Source of the DNA: a virus
Lineage: Duplodnaviria > Caudoviricetes
Virus record (IMG/VR): IMGVR_UViG_642973512_000001
Span: 68,563 to 132,562 of that record
Reading direction: 5' to 3' (one strand)
Length of the DNA: 64,000 nucleotides
Shown here: one piece after another, positions 9,917-19,793 of the stretch
Layout: every line of letters begins with the position of its first letter
Position numbering within the stretch: position 1 is the stretch's first letter
Program-made: the position numbers and the translations under genes
Notes under the pieces: model-generated
What the model was told of the DNA's origin: nothing
The model's input: the letters and a program-made list of their open reading frames with translations, nothing else
The model's database searches: none

Positions 9917-10690
9917 GTGGCAGAGAAGTTTATACGCAAACCTATTAAAATACCTAGGAAAAGTATAAAGTTGCCTTCTCGACTAAAATATTATATGAAG
10001 CTACGACAGATACAGTTAGAAACAAGGACTGAAGACATAGTAGAGATAGCAGAGCACTATAATATGTTAGTTCAGGAGACAACTAAGAAGGCAGGGCACA
10101 CAGCTTTGCCCTATAAAAATCCAGAGAAAGGTAAGCACTGGGTACATTTTGAAACTGTTTATGAAATATGCAGATTAAAAGAATGGAACCCTAAGGTATA
10201 TTTAGAAGCTCAGTTTAAAAGGTCTAAGGGGTGGAAGAAAATACCATATCCTTATCCAAACAGCTTGTATTCTGACAGTGCCTTAAAGTACTTTATAAGC
10301 TACTACGGGGAAATGCGAAGAAAATATGAAAAAGATGCCAATAAGCAACGTAGGGTAGTTGAAAAGAAGACTATAACCTTACAGGACAGAATTAAAACCA
10401 GCATAGAAAAGGACTGTGAGCTACTTAAGCGCAAACTAAAAGGCAGTGTCGACAGGGAGAAAGATAAGGCACTAATAATATTTCAGGGGTGGATGTCTTT
10501 TTCTCCTTTTTATTTGTGGAGCATCCCTTGGTTTCATGACATCACAGGAGACTTGAGAGGTAAGCACATGGATAAAATTAAGTTAGAGTTCGGGAGAATC
10601 AATAAGTCTCCTATGATGCAGGACGTCATCACTAAACACGTACAGCAAATGGAAAAGCAGAATAATATACCAGCTAACATCACCCTTTAG
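9917..10690 (+). CDS. Basic hypothetical protein upstream of the replicative helicase (possible loader/initiator)
   Basis: GGGGGT RBS before GTG 9917; function inferred from position only. Confidence 0.65.
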   Translation: MAEKFIRKPIKIPRKSIKLPSRLKYYMKLRQIQLETRTEDIVEIAEHYNMLVQETTKKAGHTALPYKNPEKGKHWVHFETVYEICRLKEWNPKVYLEAQFKRSKGWKKIPYPYPNSLYSDSALKYFISYYGEMRRKYEKDANKQRRVVEKKTITLQDRIKTSIEKDCELLKRKLKGSVDREKDKALIIFQGWMSFSPFYLWSIPWFHDITGDLRGKHMDKIKLEFGRINKSPMMQDVITKHVQQMEKQNNIPANITL

Positions 10691-10762
10691 TATATGGGAG
10701 ACAATTTTATGCGGACCCGATTGAATTAGTAGTGAGTATGATTCAAGGGGGTCCGAATTTTT

Positions 10763-12133
10763 ATGTCCGATACGTATGAGTTTTCAGAGAGTTTCCAGAG
10801 AAAGATACTGTCCATTATGGCGAGGGACAGACTGGCTTACACCTCTTTCCAAGAGTTACTAAAGCCTAGTTATTTCAAAAGTGAGATTCACATTGATCTG
10901 GCTAGGATAATTCATGAGCATTATGATAGGGAGTCTTCTCGTGCTAAGTCTAAAGGCACGGATGTCAACCCACCTACTATACATGTTCTCTTTGAAGAGG
11001 TGCGGAGACTTACAAAGAGCAATAAAAAGAAAGCTCAGCTTAAGGAGCAGTATGAGGAAGAAATAATTGACTTAATGGATGAAGATTTAACAGACTGTGA
11101 GTATGTCAAGGATAGTATTGTTAGATTTGCCAAGGATGCGGCAATAAAAGAAGCCATATTAGAATCAGTAGAAGACATTGAGAAAGGAGCCAATTCACGG
11201 GACGTTGACTACTCAGTAATAGAGGAGAGAATAAAAGAAGCTGTTCAGGTAGGAGAAGTAATGGAAGATTTGGGTGTCTCCTACTTTGATCGTGCTAAAG
11301 AGCGTATGGATGAGTATGCCCAAGGTACTGATGGGGTTAGACGCATACCAACTGGTATGGAGGGTGTTGATAAAACCCTAGGTGGTGGCTTAGGTGGGGG
11401 AGAACTTGGTATTGTTATTGCTCCTCCGGGGCGTGGTAAATCTATAGCCCTGACCAATATAGGAGCAGGAGCTGTCCTAGAGGGGTATAGTGTTGCCCAC
11501 TATACCATGGAAATGCCTGAGAGACAGGTAGAAAAACGATATGACAATAGACTACTGCAAAAAGATACCCAGTATCTTCTTGACCCAGAGAATGCTAGTA
11601 GGGCTTTTAAAGCTCTCCAGATGTTGCAAAAAACAGCAGGTTCTAATAGGGGTAAAAATGGTGACCTTATTATCAAAAAGTTCCCTGTAAATGGGTGCAC
11701 CATTAACACTATTAGATCACATTTAACTAAGTTACGTATGGAGAGAAACTTTGTACCAGATGTTATCATCATTGACTATGGTGATCTTATTTCTCCAAGA
11801 CGAACATACTCAGATAAACGTTTTGAGCTAGAGTCTGTATACTTAGATATGCGTGATTTAGCCGCAGAGTATGATTGTCCTGTGTGGAGCGCAAGTCAGG
11901 CTACAAGGGGTGCTCTAGATAAGAAAGTTATTACAATTGGTGACCTTGCGGAAGCATTTAATAAAGCCAACATTGCTGATTTTATGATGGCTCTATGCCA
12001 AACAGAAGAAGAGAAAGAAGATGGGGAAATGAGACTGCATGTAGCCAAACATAGATCAGGTACTTCTAGTATTACTATGTCTGGAGACATAGAGTACTCT
12101 ACTATGACATTGACTGCATATGCGGAGGATTGA
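10763..12133 (+). CDS. DnaB-like replicative helicase
   Basis: Walker A APPGRGKS, 'YTMEM', 'IIIDYGD', 'WSASQATR' and 'KHRSG' motifs. Confidence 0.93.
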   Translation: MSDTYEFSESFQRKILSIMARDRLAYTSFQELLKPSYFKSEIHIDLARIIHEHYDRESSRAKSKGTDVNPPTIHVLFEEVRRLTKSNKKKAQLKEQYEEEIIDLMDEDLTDCEYVKDSIVRFAKDAAIKEAILESVEDIEKGANSRDVDYSVIEERIKEAVQVGEVMEDLGVSYFDRAKERMDEYAQGTDGVRRIPTGMEGVDKTLGGGLGGGELGIVIAPPGRGKSIALTNIGAGAVLEGYSVAHYTMEMPERQVEKRYDNRLLQKDTQYLLDPENASRAFKALQMLQKTAGSNRGKNGDLIIKKFPVNGCTINTIRSHLTKLRMERNFVPDVIIIDYGDLISPRRTYSDKRFELESVYLDMRDLAAEYDCPVWSASQATRGALDKKVITIGDLAEAFNKANIADFMMALCQTEEEKEDGEMRLHVAKHRSGTSSITMSGDIEYSTMTLTAYAED

Positions 12134-12684
12134 TCTACATGATGTGTCCATTTTGTAAGTCAAAAGGTAGGGAGTCTGAAGTTTTTCAGACCCCTATTTT
12201 TAATCGTTGTTACAGATGCCTTGCTGATTTACCTACCGAGAAGCTTTTAAAGAAGGAAGTTTCTTTAAATGGAAAGGGCAAAGTGATGATTTGTTCTATC
12301 CATAACCGTAAAAGTGTAGAGGGAGCAGATGTTCATTTATTTGCTGTAGGTAAGCCCAAAGGGACGTTCTACTTTGAGTGGTGGGACCATACTCCGGGAT
12401 TAGCTCCAAGTAGGGAGCTTGTCACATTTACCAAAGAGTATAATAGAACTAAGGGTAAAAAAGAAGGTTGGTTTGAAAGATATACGGAACGACTGTTAGA
12501 TGAGTGGTCAAAACGTAAAGATTTTATGAAATCTATGAAAAAGCTTAGAAGGAACCTTGATGCTGGTAAGAATGTAGCAATAGCTTGCTATTGTCCTAAG
12601 TATAAGAGGGATGTGTGCCACCTATCTATACTAAAGGAATTACTAGAAGATATGGGTTATTATGTGGAGGAGGTAGAGGATTAA
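12130..12684 (+). CDS. Zinc-ribbon plus DUF488-like protein
   Basis: N-terminal CxxC..CxxC; 'LAPSRELV..F.RY' and 'IACYC..CHLSIL' patterns. Confidence 0.6.
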   Translation: MIYMMCPFCKSKGRESEVFQTPIFNRCYRCLADLPTEKLLKKEVSLNGKGKVMICSIHNRKSVEGADVHLFAVGKPKGTFYFEWWDHTPGLAPSRELVTFTKEYNRTKGKKEGWFERYTERLLDEWSKRKDFMKSMKKLRRNLDAGKNVAIACYCPKYKRDVCHLSILKELLEDMGYYVEEVED

Positions 12685-13778
12685 TGAAGATAGCAGTATT
12701 TTCAGACTTACATGCTCATAAGTACAAAGAGTTTGACAAAGTTAGTGACTTGACAGGTTCAACCAGACTTGACAGCTTGCTAGATGTTTTGGATCAGATT
12801 AAGGAACACTGTCTGGACATGGGTATTACTCAAATTTTATTTGCGGGTGATATGTTCCACGTTCGGGGCAGGGTAGACACAGTGGTGCAGAATCGCATAT
12901 ACGATAAGTTTAAGGAGATTTGTGCATCTGGTATCAAGGTCTTAGCTATTCCAGGTAACCATGATGACCATAATAACAAAGACCTACCAGAGCATTCTCT
13001 TCATATGTTTAAAGATATAGAAGGTATGACTGTAATAGATACTCTAGATCACTATATTCTAGATGATGGCACCCCTGTAGTGTGTTGTAGATACAGTAAA
13101 AATGCCCAAATGGTCAAGGACTATATTAATAGTATAGATCCATCCCAATTTGAAAACCAACCTTTACTACTAGCTCATCTAGGAGTGTCTGGTGGTCTAA
13201 TAGGAAAGTCCAGTTATGTTATGGCAGATGCGTTTTCTGTGGAGGATTTAAGACCCGACATCTTTAAGTACATTATTCTAGGACACTTCCACCGCAGACA
13301 GTTTCTTGGAGGATACAAACATGTTCTGTATACTGGGGCACCTTTACAACATTCATTTAGTGATGAAGGGGAGCATAAGGGATTCTACATTGTTGATACA
13401 GCCCGCAGATGTCAGATTGACTTCATGCCTTTAGAGAGTCCAATGTTTCATACAGTGACTAAAGAGATTATTGAAAAATCTGAAGAGTGTACTGGTGATC
13501 ATGTTCTAGGCAATATTTTGTATACAGGTCTGGAGAGGGGAGACTTTTTTCGAGTTTTGTTAAAGGAAAACGAGGTTGACTGGTTCAACTCTGTTGTCAG
13601 TAAGTATGAGGGTCTTCAGTACAAAATAGTACTTGAGAAGCAGTATACTCAGGAAACTAGGGTTGATGTGCAGGTGGGTATGCCTTTTGAAGAGATAGTA
13701 GCTAAATATGCAGAAGAGTTTAACCCAGATGCTAAAGAGGTAGGTCTTAAGATACTGAGTGCCGTACAGGACAAATAA
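12684..13778 (+). CDS. SbcD/Mre11-like metallophosphoesterase nuclease subunit
   Basis: SDLH, AGDMFH, PGNHD and LGHFH motifs; ATG overlaps the upstream stop. Confidence 0.9.
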   Translation: MKIAVFSDLHAHKYKEFDKVSDLTGSTRLDSLLDVLDQIKEHCLDMGITQILFAGDMFHVRGRVDTVVQNRIYDKFKEICASGIKVLAIPGNHDDHNNKDLPEHSLHMFKDIEGMTVIDTLDHYILDDGTPVVCCRYSKNAQMVKDYINSIDPSQFENQPLLLAHLGVSGGLIGKSSYVMADAFSVEDLRPDIFKYIILGHFHRRQFLGGYKHVLYTGAPLQHSFSDEGEHKGFYIVDTARRCQIDFMPLESPMFHTVTKEIIEKSEECTGDHVLGNILYTGLERGDFFRVLLKENEVDWFNSVVSKYEGLQYKIVLEKQYTQETRVDVQVGMPFEEIVAKYAEEFNPDAKEVGLKILSAVQDK

Positions 13779-13791
13779 GGGGGTCGGAACG

Positions 13792-14088
13792 GTGTGCCAA
13801 GAGTGTGTTAGAACACCTATTAAAATCAAAAGAAAACCAGTAACGGCTATATCTGAAGCAGGTCTTAAAATGGGTCTATGGTATCCAATGCCAAGACCAG
13901 AGGAGGATGAGCCTCCTAGGTGGAAAACTAAGAGTAATCAAAGGATTCTCTGGTGTCCTTGGTGTATGGACTGGGCTATTTTTAACAAGACAGCCGGAGG
14001 GTTACGATGGAATTGTACGGGTGTATGCGGTTGGGGTAACACAGATGAATTCCATACAAAAACTCAAAACAGGCTCTGGGGTGAATAG
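13792..14088 (+). CDS. Hypothetical Cys-rich (Zn-binding) protein
   Basis: CQEC, CPWC and CTGVC motifs; GGGGGT RBS. Confidence 0.6.
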   Translation: MCQECVRTPIKIKRKPVTAISEAGLKMGLWYPMPRPEEDEPPRWKTKSNQRILWCPWCMDWAIFNKTAGGLRWNCTGVCGWGNTDEFHTKTQNRLWGE

Positions 14089-14230
14089 GATGTCTGACTT
14101 TAAGATAAAAGCAATGGTAGAGCACGGAGGGTCTATATGGACTTTAAACCAGTTGTTTCAGAAAGTATCGGGGTATTCTGATCACTATGTAACGGATAAG
14201 AGAACAAATAGAAGGTGAGGAGGATGAAAG

Positions 14231-14449
14231 ATGAGTGACAACAGTAATAAGACCATAACTATTTCAGTGGAAGAGTATGACAACAGTATCAAGACTATAA
14301 CTATTCTCCTAGAGGAGTACCAGCATCTAATAGATCGTGTATCTTTCCTAGATTGCCTGGAGTCCACTGGGGTGGATAACTGGAGTGGGTATGGAGAAGC
14401 CCAAGAAATGTATAACGAGGACTCTGAGGAGGAGACAGGTGGATATTAG
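14231..14449 (+). CDS. Small acidic hypothetical protein
   Basis: AGGAGG RBS; internal duplicated KTITI..EEY motif. Confidence 0.7.
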   Translation: MSDNSNKTITISVEEYDNSIKTITILLEEYQHLIDRVSFLDCLESTGVDNWSGYGEAQEMYNEDSEEETGGY

Positions 14450-14747
14450 GCTTAATAATAAATGTCAGATTGATCTAGGTGATATAGTTGAGATACACGG
14501 AAAACCTTACCTTATTATCATGTTGAACCCTTCCACAGTTTTTACAGTAGGAGATCAGGAATACCCACAAAAAAGGTACTATCCTCAGGCTTTTGACGGC
14601 AGAGGGACCTATTGTGAGCCAAGGACTCTTAGTGAGTTAAATGCATATATCTACGATCAGGATAAAAAAGCAAGAGTGTACCCTAAAGAGAAATTCTTTT
14701 TACAGCTAGGGGTGAAGGACGTTCATGAAGATGGAAAAGTACAGTGA
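14439..14747 (+). CDS. Hypothetical protein
   Basis: AGGAGG RBS before GTG; coupled to both neighbours. Confidence 0.6.
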   Translation: MDIRLNNKCQIDLGDIVEIHGKPYLIIMLNPSTVFTVGDQEYPQKRYYPQAFDGRGTYCEPRTLSELNAYIYDQDKKARVYPKEKFFLQLGVKDVHEDGKVQ

Positions 14748-15075
14748 ATGTAAAAGAATGACAGTGCACGCTGTAGGGTTAGATAAAGACTACAATATAG
14801 TAAAAACAAGAAATGGAAACTACGGGGAATGTAAGAACATTCCTGGGGCGTGTGGTTGTACTCACGCTGAAATACAGCTTCTTAGCCATATGGCCAATCC
14901 AGTCATGGTATGTGTGAGTCATAGTCCTTGTTTGAATTGTGCTAGGGAGCTTGTTAAGGCAGGGGTGAAGTATGTTCACTATAGTGAACCCTATAGAGTT
15001 GCAGATGGGATTGAGTACCTAAAGAGTAGCGGTGTAACAGTTCGTCAAGTACCTAAGGAGCGATGGCAGGTATGA
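14725..15075 (+). CDS. dCMP deaminase-like protein
   Basis: HAE...SPCxxC Zn-dependent deaminase motif. Confidence 0.85.
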   Translation: MKMEKYSECKRMTVHAVGLDKDYNIVKTRNGNYGECKNIPGACGCTHAEIQLLSHMANPVMVCVSHSPCLNCARELVKAGVKYVHYSEPYRVADGIEYLKSSGVTVRQVPKERWQV

Positions 15076-16985
15076 AAATTAAACAGATAAGCATAGAAAA
15101 CTTCATGTCTATTAAAAAGACCTCTTTTAACTTTGATAATAGAGGTCTTGTACTAATCACTGGGGATAATCAGGACGCTTTTGATAGCAATGGGGCAGGA
15201 AAGTCTACAGCTTTCAGTGAAGCCCCCTGCTGGGCTTTGTATGGACAAACCATAAGAGGATACAAGGCTGACAAGGTGGTCAACAAAAATACAAAAAAGA
15301 ACACCGTTGTATCTCTGCAAATTGAGGATGATAATGGGGACCTATATGAGGTTGTCAGGGCACGTAAGCATAGCACTCTTAAGAACCATGTATATTTGTA
15401 CAAAAATGGAGAGAACATCACAGGTAAAAGTGATACTGACACCAATAACATGATCATTGATCTTTTACAAATGGATTTCTCAACCTTTACTAACTCTATT
15501 ATGTTTGGTCAAGGTGCTTCTAAGATGTTTGCCAACTCTACAGATACAGAGCAGAAGCAGATACTGGAGAGAATGTTGCAGATAGATATCTTTAAGGCTT
15601 GTCAGGAAGAAGCTAAGAACATGGTATTAAACTTGGAAGAAAAGATCAGAAGAATAGAAAGTGACAAAGAAAGTATTGAAAGCCGTTTGAGGGTACACAA
15701 GACCAATTTACAAGAGCTACAAGAGAAAGAAACACAGGCTATTAAATCTGCTCAGGAAAAGATAGACCAATATACGAAAGATATAGAAGAAAACCAAAGT
15801 GAGATTGAAAGTGCAAAAGGTGAGATAGAAGACCTAGAAAGTGATATCGAGGTTATGCAAAAAGCCATCAAAAAGAATCAAAAAACTCTGGAATTCTATA
15901 AAGAACAAGAAGAAGCCTATAACACCCTTGTTGGTGATAGGTCAGCTCTTCTTAGGGACTTTAAGAAATTGGAGAAAAAAGTACTTAAAACTAAAAGCGA
16001 GCTTGATGATCTTAGAAGTGGAAAAAGTGTGCCTGAGGTGTGTGATATGTGTGGGCAAGATTTACCCTTAGAAGACACCACTCACATGCAAAATCACCTA
16101 ACAGACAATATAAAAAATTATACAGAAGAAATCAAGGAGATCAAGGATGAAATCGCTGAACTCGATCCTCTGATTGAAAAATTAGAGAAACATCTGAAAT
16201 CTAAGGATAGGTATGAAAAAGATCGTATTAAATATGCTGAAACTGTAGCCGAATACAAAGGGGATTTAAAACTTGCCAATTCTAAGATTCAGTCTCTGGA
16301 GAAAGAAAACAGGAACCTTAATAAGCTTATCAAGGAGCAGAAGGAGGCACAGGAGGTACAGTACACAGACCTCATAGAAAAAGAGATCGAAAACATTAGG
16401 GTAGCAGAAGCAGACATTGAAACGAGGAGTAACAATATCACAAGGATGTCTGAAGAACTGGAAAAGTATAGTTTCTGGCATACTGCCTACGGTAACCAAG
16501 GTATTAAATCCATCCTGTTAGACAGTGTTACTCCTTTCCTTAATCGTAGAGCCAATTATTACTTATCTGCCTTGTCTGATTCTACTATGGAAGTAGAATT
16601 TAATACTCAAACCACCCTATCAAGTGGAGAGAAGCGAGATAAATTCTCTGTAGAGGTAAGAAATGAAAATGGGGAAGACGGATATAAAGGAAGTAGTAAT
16701 GGGGAGAAAAGACGTATTGATGTGGCTGTTAATATGGCGTTGCAAGATTTAGTAATGTCTAGATCAAATAAGAAAATTGATCTTATAGTATACGATGAAG
16801 TCTTTGAAGGACTGGATCAGATTGGGTGTGAAGCTGTTATACAGCTTTTAAACGAGAAAGCCAAACAGTGTGGTACAGTAATGGTAATCACTCACAGTGA
16901 ATCACTAAAACAACTGTTCAGTAACACCCTAACAGTTAAAAAGATTAATGGCAACACTGTGATTGTCGACGAATTGTCTATATAG
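15072..16985 (+). CDS. SbcC/Rad50-like ATPase nuclease subunit
   Basis: NGAGKS Walker A, long coiled coil with CDMC zinc hook, S.GEK signature, YDEVFEGLD Walker B, ITH. Confidence 0.92.
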   Translation: MKIKQISIENFMSIKKTSFNFDNRGLVLITGDNQDAFDSNGAGKSTAFSEAPCWALYGQTIRGYKADKVVNKNTKKNTVVSLQIEDDNGDLYEVVRARKHSTLKNHVYLYKNGENITGKSDTDTNNMIIDLLQMDFSTFTNSIMFGQGASKMFANSTDTEQKQILERMLQIDIFKACQEEAKNMVLNLEEKIRRIESDKESIESRLRVHKTNLQELQEKETQAIKSAQEKIDQYTKDIEENQSEIESAKGEIEDLESDIEVMQKAIKKNQKTLEFYKEQEEAYNTLVGDRSALLRDFKKLEKKVLKTKSELDDLRSGKSVPEVCDMCGQDLPLEDTTHMQNHLTDNIKNYTEEIKEIKDEIAELDPLIEKLEKHLKSKDRYEKDRIKYAETVAEYKGDLKLANSKIQSLEKENRNLNKLIKEQKEAQEVQYTDLIEKEIENIRVAEADIETRSNNITRMSEELEKYSFWHTAYGNQGIKSILLDSVTPFLNRRANYYLSALSDSTMEVEFNTQTTLSSGEKRDKFSVEVRNENGEDGYKGSSNGEKRRIDVAVNMALQDLVMSRSNKKIDLIVYDEVFEGLDQIGCEAVIQLLNEKAKQCGTVMVITHSESLKQLFSNTLTVKKINGNTVIVDELSI

Positions 16986-17016
16986 GAGAGAGATTTTGTC
17001 CTTCAGCCTTTAATTG
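16985..17016 (+). promoter_or_regulatory. Putative middle promoter for primase
   Basis: AGGAGA(GA)...TTTAATT. Confidence 0.45.
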
Positions 17017-17048
17017 GTTGAAGGGCTTTTTGGTGAGGTGAGCATCTT

Positions 17049-18083
17049 ATGATCAAGTTATACTTAGATACGATAATGGGAGAGGGAGTATACCACAATA
17101 CTAGTAAAGGAGACCAATACAGTTACAAGTGTCGCTTATGCAATGACTGGAAAGACAGGTTGTATGTTAGCTTTGATAAACAGGTATACAAGTGCCATAA
17201 CTGCGAAGCTAAGGGAACTGTAGTAGGTTTGCTCTCTGATGTAAACCATATCAGCTACTCTGAAGCCTTAAAGATTTTTCGGGAGTATGAAGGAGAGCGT
17301 AGATTACCCGAAGATATTGAGATAGAGGTATACAACAGGTTAATTGTAGGAACAACTGATGAACTGGAAGTGCCTAAAACTGCATTTGATTTGCCAGAGG
17401 AGTTTATCTTACTAGAGGATGCCAAAGGGGAAGCAGGACGTAAAGCAGTAAGGTATATTAAAAGTCGGGGTATCTCCCTGAAAACAGCCGAGCAGAATTA
17501 CCTTGGATACTGTGAGCATGGACAATACAAAAACAGGATCATCATGCCAGATTTTGAAAAGGGTGATCTAGTGTATTGGCAAGCCCGTACGTGGCTACCC
17601 AAGCCTAAGGACAGAATAAAGAAAAAATTCTATAGAAAGGTGCTTAACCCAAGCTTGTCAGAAGAGGACAAGGAGAGGGGCTTAAATGTATATCACAAGT
17701 CAGAAATCATAAGTAATATAGATAATGTGCTAGATTCAGGCATGGCTATAATTTGTGAAGGTAAGATGGATTCCCTAAAAATAGGTCCATTAGGTGCTTG
17801 TATTCATGGAAAATCCATGAGTGATACTCAATTTATCAAGCTTGTTAAAAACAAAGATAAAATACACACCATAGTTGTTATGCTGGATGGGGATGCTCTG
17901 CAACAAGCTCTAGATATATGTGAACGTTTAAGTAAGCATTTCTCTGATGTGTATATAGTAGTATTACCAAAGGATAAAGACCCTGGAGACTTATCCAGGT
18001 CTGAGATACTTTCATATATTGAGGGTGCGGAACTTTACACCCCTTACTTTACAGTTAAGGCTAGACTCAGAGGACTCTTATGA
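17049..18083 (+). CDS. DNA primase (Zn ribbon plus TOPRIM)
   Basis: CRLC..CHNC zinc ribbon, 'ICEGKMD', 'MLDGD' and 'KDPGD' motifs. Confidence 0.9.
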   Translation: MIKLYLDTIMGEGVYHNTSKGDQYSYKCRLCNDWKDRLYVSFDKQVYKCHNCEAKGTVVGLLSDVNHISYSEALKIFREYEGERRLPEDIEIEVYNRLIVGTTDELEVPKTAFDLPEEFILLEDAKGEAGRKAVRYIKSRGISLKTAEQNYLGYCEHGQYKNRIIMPDFEKGDLVYWQARTWLPKPKDRIKKKFYRKVLNPSLSEEDKERGLNVYHKSEIISNIDNVLDSGMAIICEGKMDSLKIGPLGACIHGKSMSDTQFIKLVKNKDKIHTIVVMLDGDALQQALDICERLSKHFSDVYIVVLPKDKDPGDLSRSEILSYIEGAELYTPYFTVKARLRGLL

Positions 18084-18143
18084 GAAGATTTTTGTCTCCA
18101 GTGTTTAATTTTGTCAGAACCCAAAAACAGGAGGAAAGAAAGT

Positions 18144-18659
18144 ATGGAAAGTAATAAACCTATGAGATACTATTCAAATGACCCAAAACATGATTTGTCC
18201 TATGGAAGTGAAGGGGCGGCAGGAATTGACCTACCTTACTATGATGATAAAAAACATGCTAATCTTGATAACCTAAAAGGTATCAAAAAGTGGTTTGCTG
18301 AGCGGAAATTTATCTTTCCTTTTAAAAGATACAAACTTCCAACAGGCATTCATGTAGAAATGGATAAAGGGGAGTATGGAGAGATTGACACTCGTAGTAG
18401 TACCTCTAAGAAACTGTGGCTTCCTTTGTGCCGGACTATCGATGAGGACTTTAGAGGTAATATTCATGTAGTGTTTATGAGTTTTTACCCATTTCCTAGA
18501 ATCATCAAGGCAAGAGAATGTCGTTTCCAGATGGTTGTGAAACCCTATAATAAAAAGAGCTTTGCTAAGGTAAGTTCTAAGGAACAGCTATCAAACACTA
18601 ATCGAGGAGAAAACGGATTCGGGTCCACAGACAATAAGGGGGATAAACAAATTGGCTAA
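18144..18659 (+). CDS. dut: dUTPase (trimeric family)
   Basis: AAGIDL, RSS, TIDEDFRG and RGENGFGST motifs. Confidence 0.9.
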   Translation: MESNKPMRYYSNDPKHDLSYGSEGAAGIDLPYYDDKKHANLDNLKGIKKWFAERKFIFPFKRYKLPTGIHVEMDKGEYGEIDTRSSTSKKLWLPLCRTIDEDFRGNIHVVFMSFYPFPRIIKARECRFQMVVKPYNKKSFAKVSSKEQLSNTNRGENGFGSTDNKGDKQIG

Positions 18660-18984
18660 GAACAAAAAGAACCTAACAGAGGAAGAGCGTAAGGCACAGA
18701 AAGAAAAACAGTATCTTAATAAAGTAGTAACCAGAGGAGAAGTCCTTGATGTTCTTAATGGAGCTTTAAAGCCCCATGCGGAAAATCAAGACAATTTGTG
18801 GCAACAACAAAGGTTGTTATATATTCAGTTACAGTGCGTGGTAGATGTGCTAATTGATAAGGGTATCCTCACAAAAGAAGAGTTAGAAAAGAAAGCCGAA
18901 AAGATTATTAAGGAAACCCAAGGCTTGGCGGCTGAGATTCTAGGTGAGCAAGAAGGAAACGGAGAAACAGATAAAACTGAATAG
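18652..18984 (+). CDS. Hypothetical protein
   Basis: GGGGG RBS, TTG start overlapping dut, followed by a terminator. Confidence 0.7.
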   Translation: MAKNKKNLTEEERKAQKEKQYLNKVVTRGEVLDVLNGALKPHAENQDNLWQQQRLLYIQLQCVVDVLIDKGILTKEELEKKAEKIIKETQGLAAEILGEQEGNGETDKTE

Positions 18985-18994
18985 GGATTTTAAT

Positions 18995-19027
18995 AAATAG
19001 GGCTGAAACTCATTCAGCCCTATTTTT
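18995..19027 (+). terminator. Rho-independent terminator
   Basis: AAATAGGGCTGAA..TTCAGCCCTATTT followed by T tract. Confidence 0.85.
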
Positions 19028-19098
19028 GTTTTTATGGGGATTGATATTCTATTAAAATGACATATAACATAAATGACCAAATGCTAGGAGTGAATAAT

Positions 19099-19620
19099 GT
19101 GGCTACTAAGAAGAAAATAAATAGTAAGGCTAAAGGTGCTGAGTATGAGCGTAGAATCGCTAAGTATTTAGGGGCTTGGTGGGGAGAATCCTTTCATAGG
19201 ACACCTCAGAGTGGAGGTCTTAATTGGGGCACCGATTCAAGGGTAGCTGGAGACATCACAACTCCAGTAGACTCAAAGTTTCCTTTTACAGTGGAGTGTA
19301 AGAAAAGAGAGGGATGGGACTTAGATCAGGTTATTAAAGGTACTGGTCAGGTGGAAAAGTGGTGGACCCAGTGCATTGGTGATAGCGAACGTGTTGAATT
19401 GCGTCCTTTCCTAATTTTTGCGAAGAACTTCAATCCAGATTACTGTATGTTGAAGTATGATGACTTCATTTCCCTTGCAAGGAAAAGAAAGGAAAACAAC
19501 TTCAATTATTTTATTATACACACGGTAGGTGTTCCTTACAAGAGGGTTGTGGTATCTCTAGATGACTTTACAAAAGCTTTTACACCTGAAGACGTGCTTG
19601 AAGCTCTTGGAGTTGAGTGA
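19099..19620 (+). CDS. Holliday junction resolvase (Hjc-like PD-(D/E)XK nuclease)
   Basis: 'KGAEYER', 'SGG', 'GDI' and 'VECK' motifs. Confidence 0.85.
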   Translation: MATKKKINSKAKGAEYERRIAKYLGAWWGESFHRTPQSGGLNWGTDSRVAGDITTPVDSKFPFTVECKKREGWDLDQVIKGTGQVEKWWTQCIGDSERVELRPFLIFAKNFNPDYCMLKYDDFISLARKRKENNFNYFIIHTVGVPYKRVVVSLDDFTKAFTPEDVLEALGVE

Positions 19621-19624
19621 ACCA

Positions 19625-19682
19625 AAAATAGGCTAGTGGAAATAGGGGATTGTATCTCCTAAGACCCACTAGCCTATTTTTT
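19625..19682 (+). terminator. Terminator hairpin
   Basis: AAAATAGGCTAGTGG ... CCACTAGCCTATTTT. Confidence 0.7.
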
Positions 19683-19696
19683 GTAGGAACCCCTGT

Positions 19697-19725
19697 TTGA
19701 ATTTTTCTGTGGAATGGGGCAAAAT
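19697..19725 (+). promoter_or_regulatory. Putative sigmaA-type (early) promoter
   Basis: TTGAAT-17-CAAAAT; near-duplicate at 52553. Confidence 0.55.
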
Positions 19726-19793
19726 GACTTCAACAGATGAACAACACCATGGAGCCAAGTGCTCAATAATAAAAAGGAGCTGTTTTGATAATG

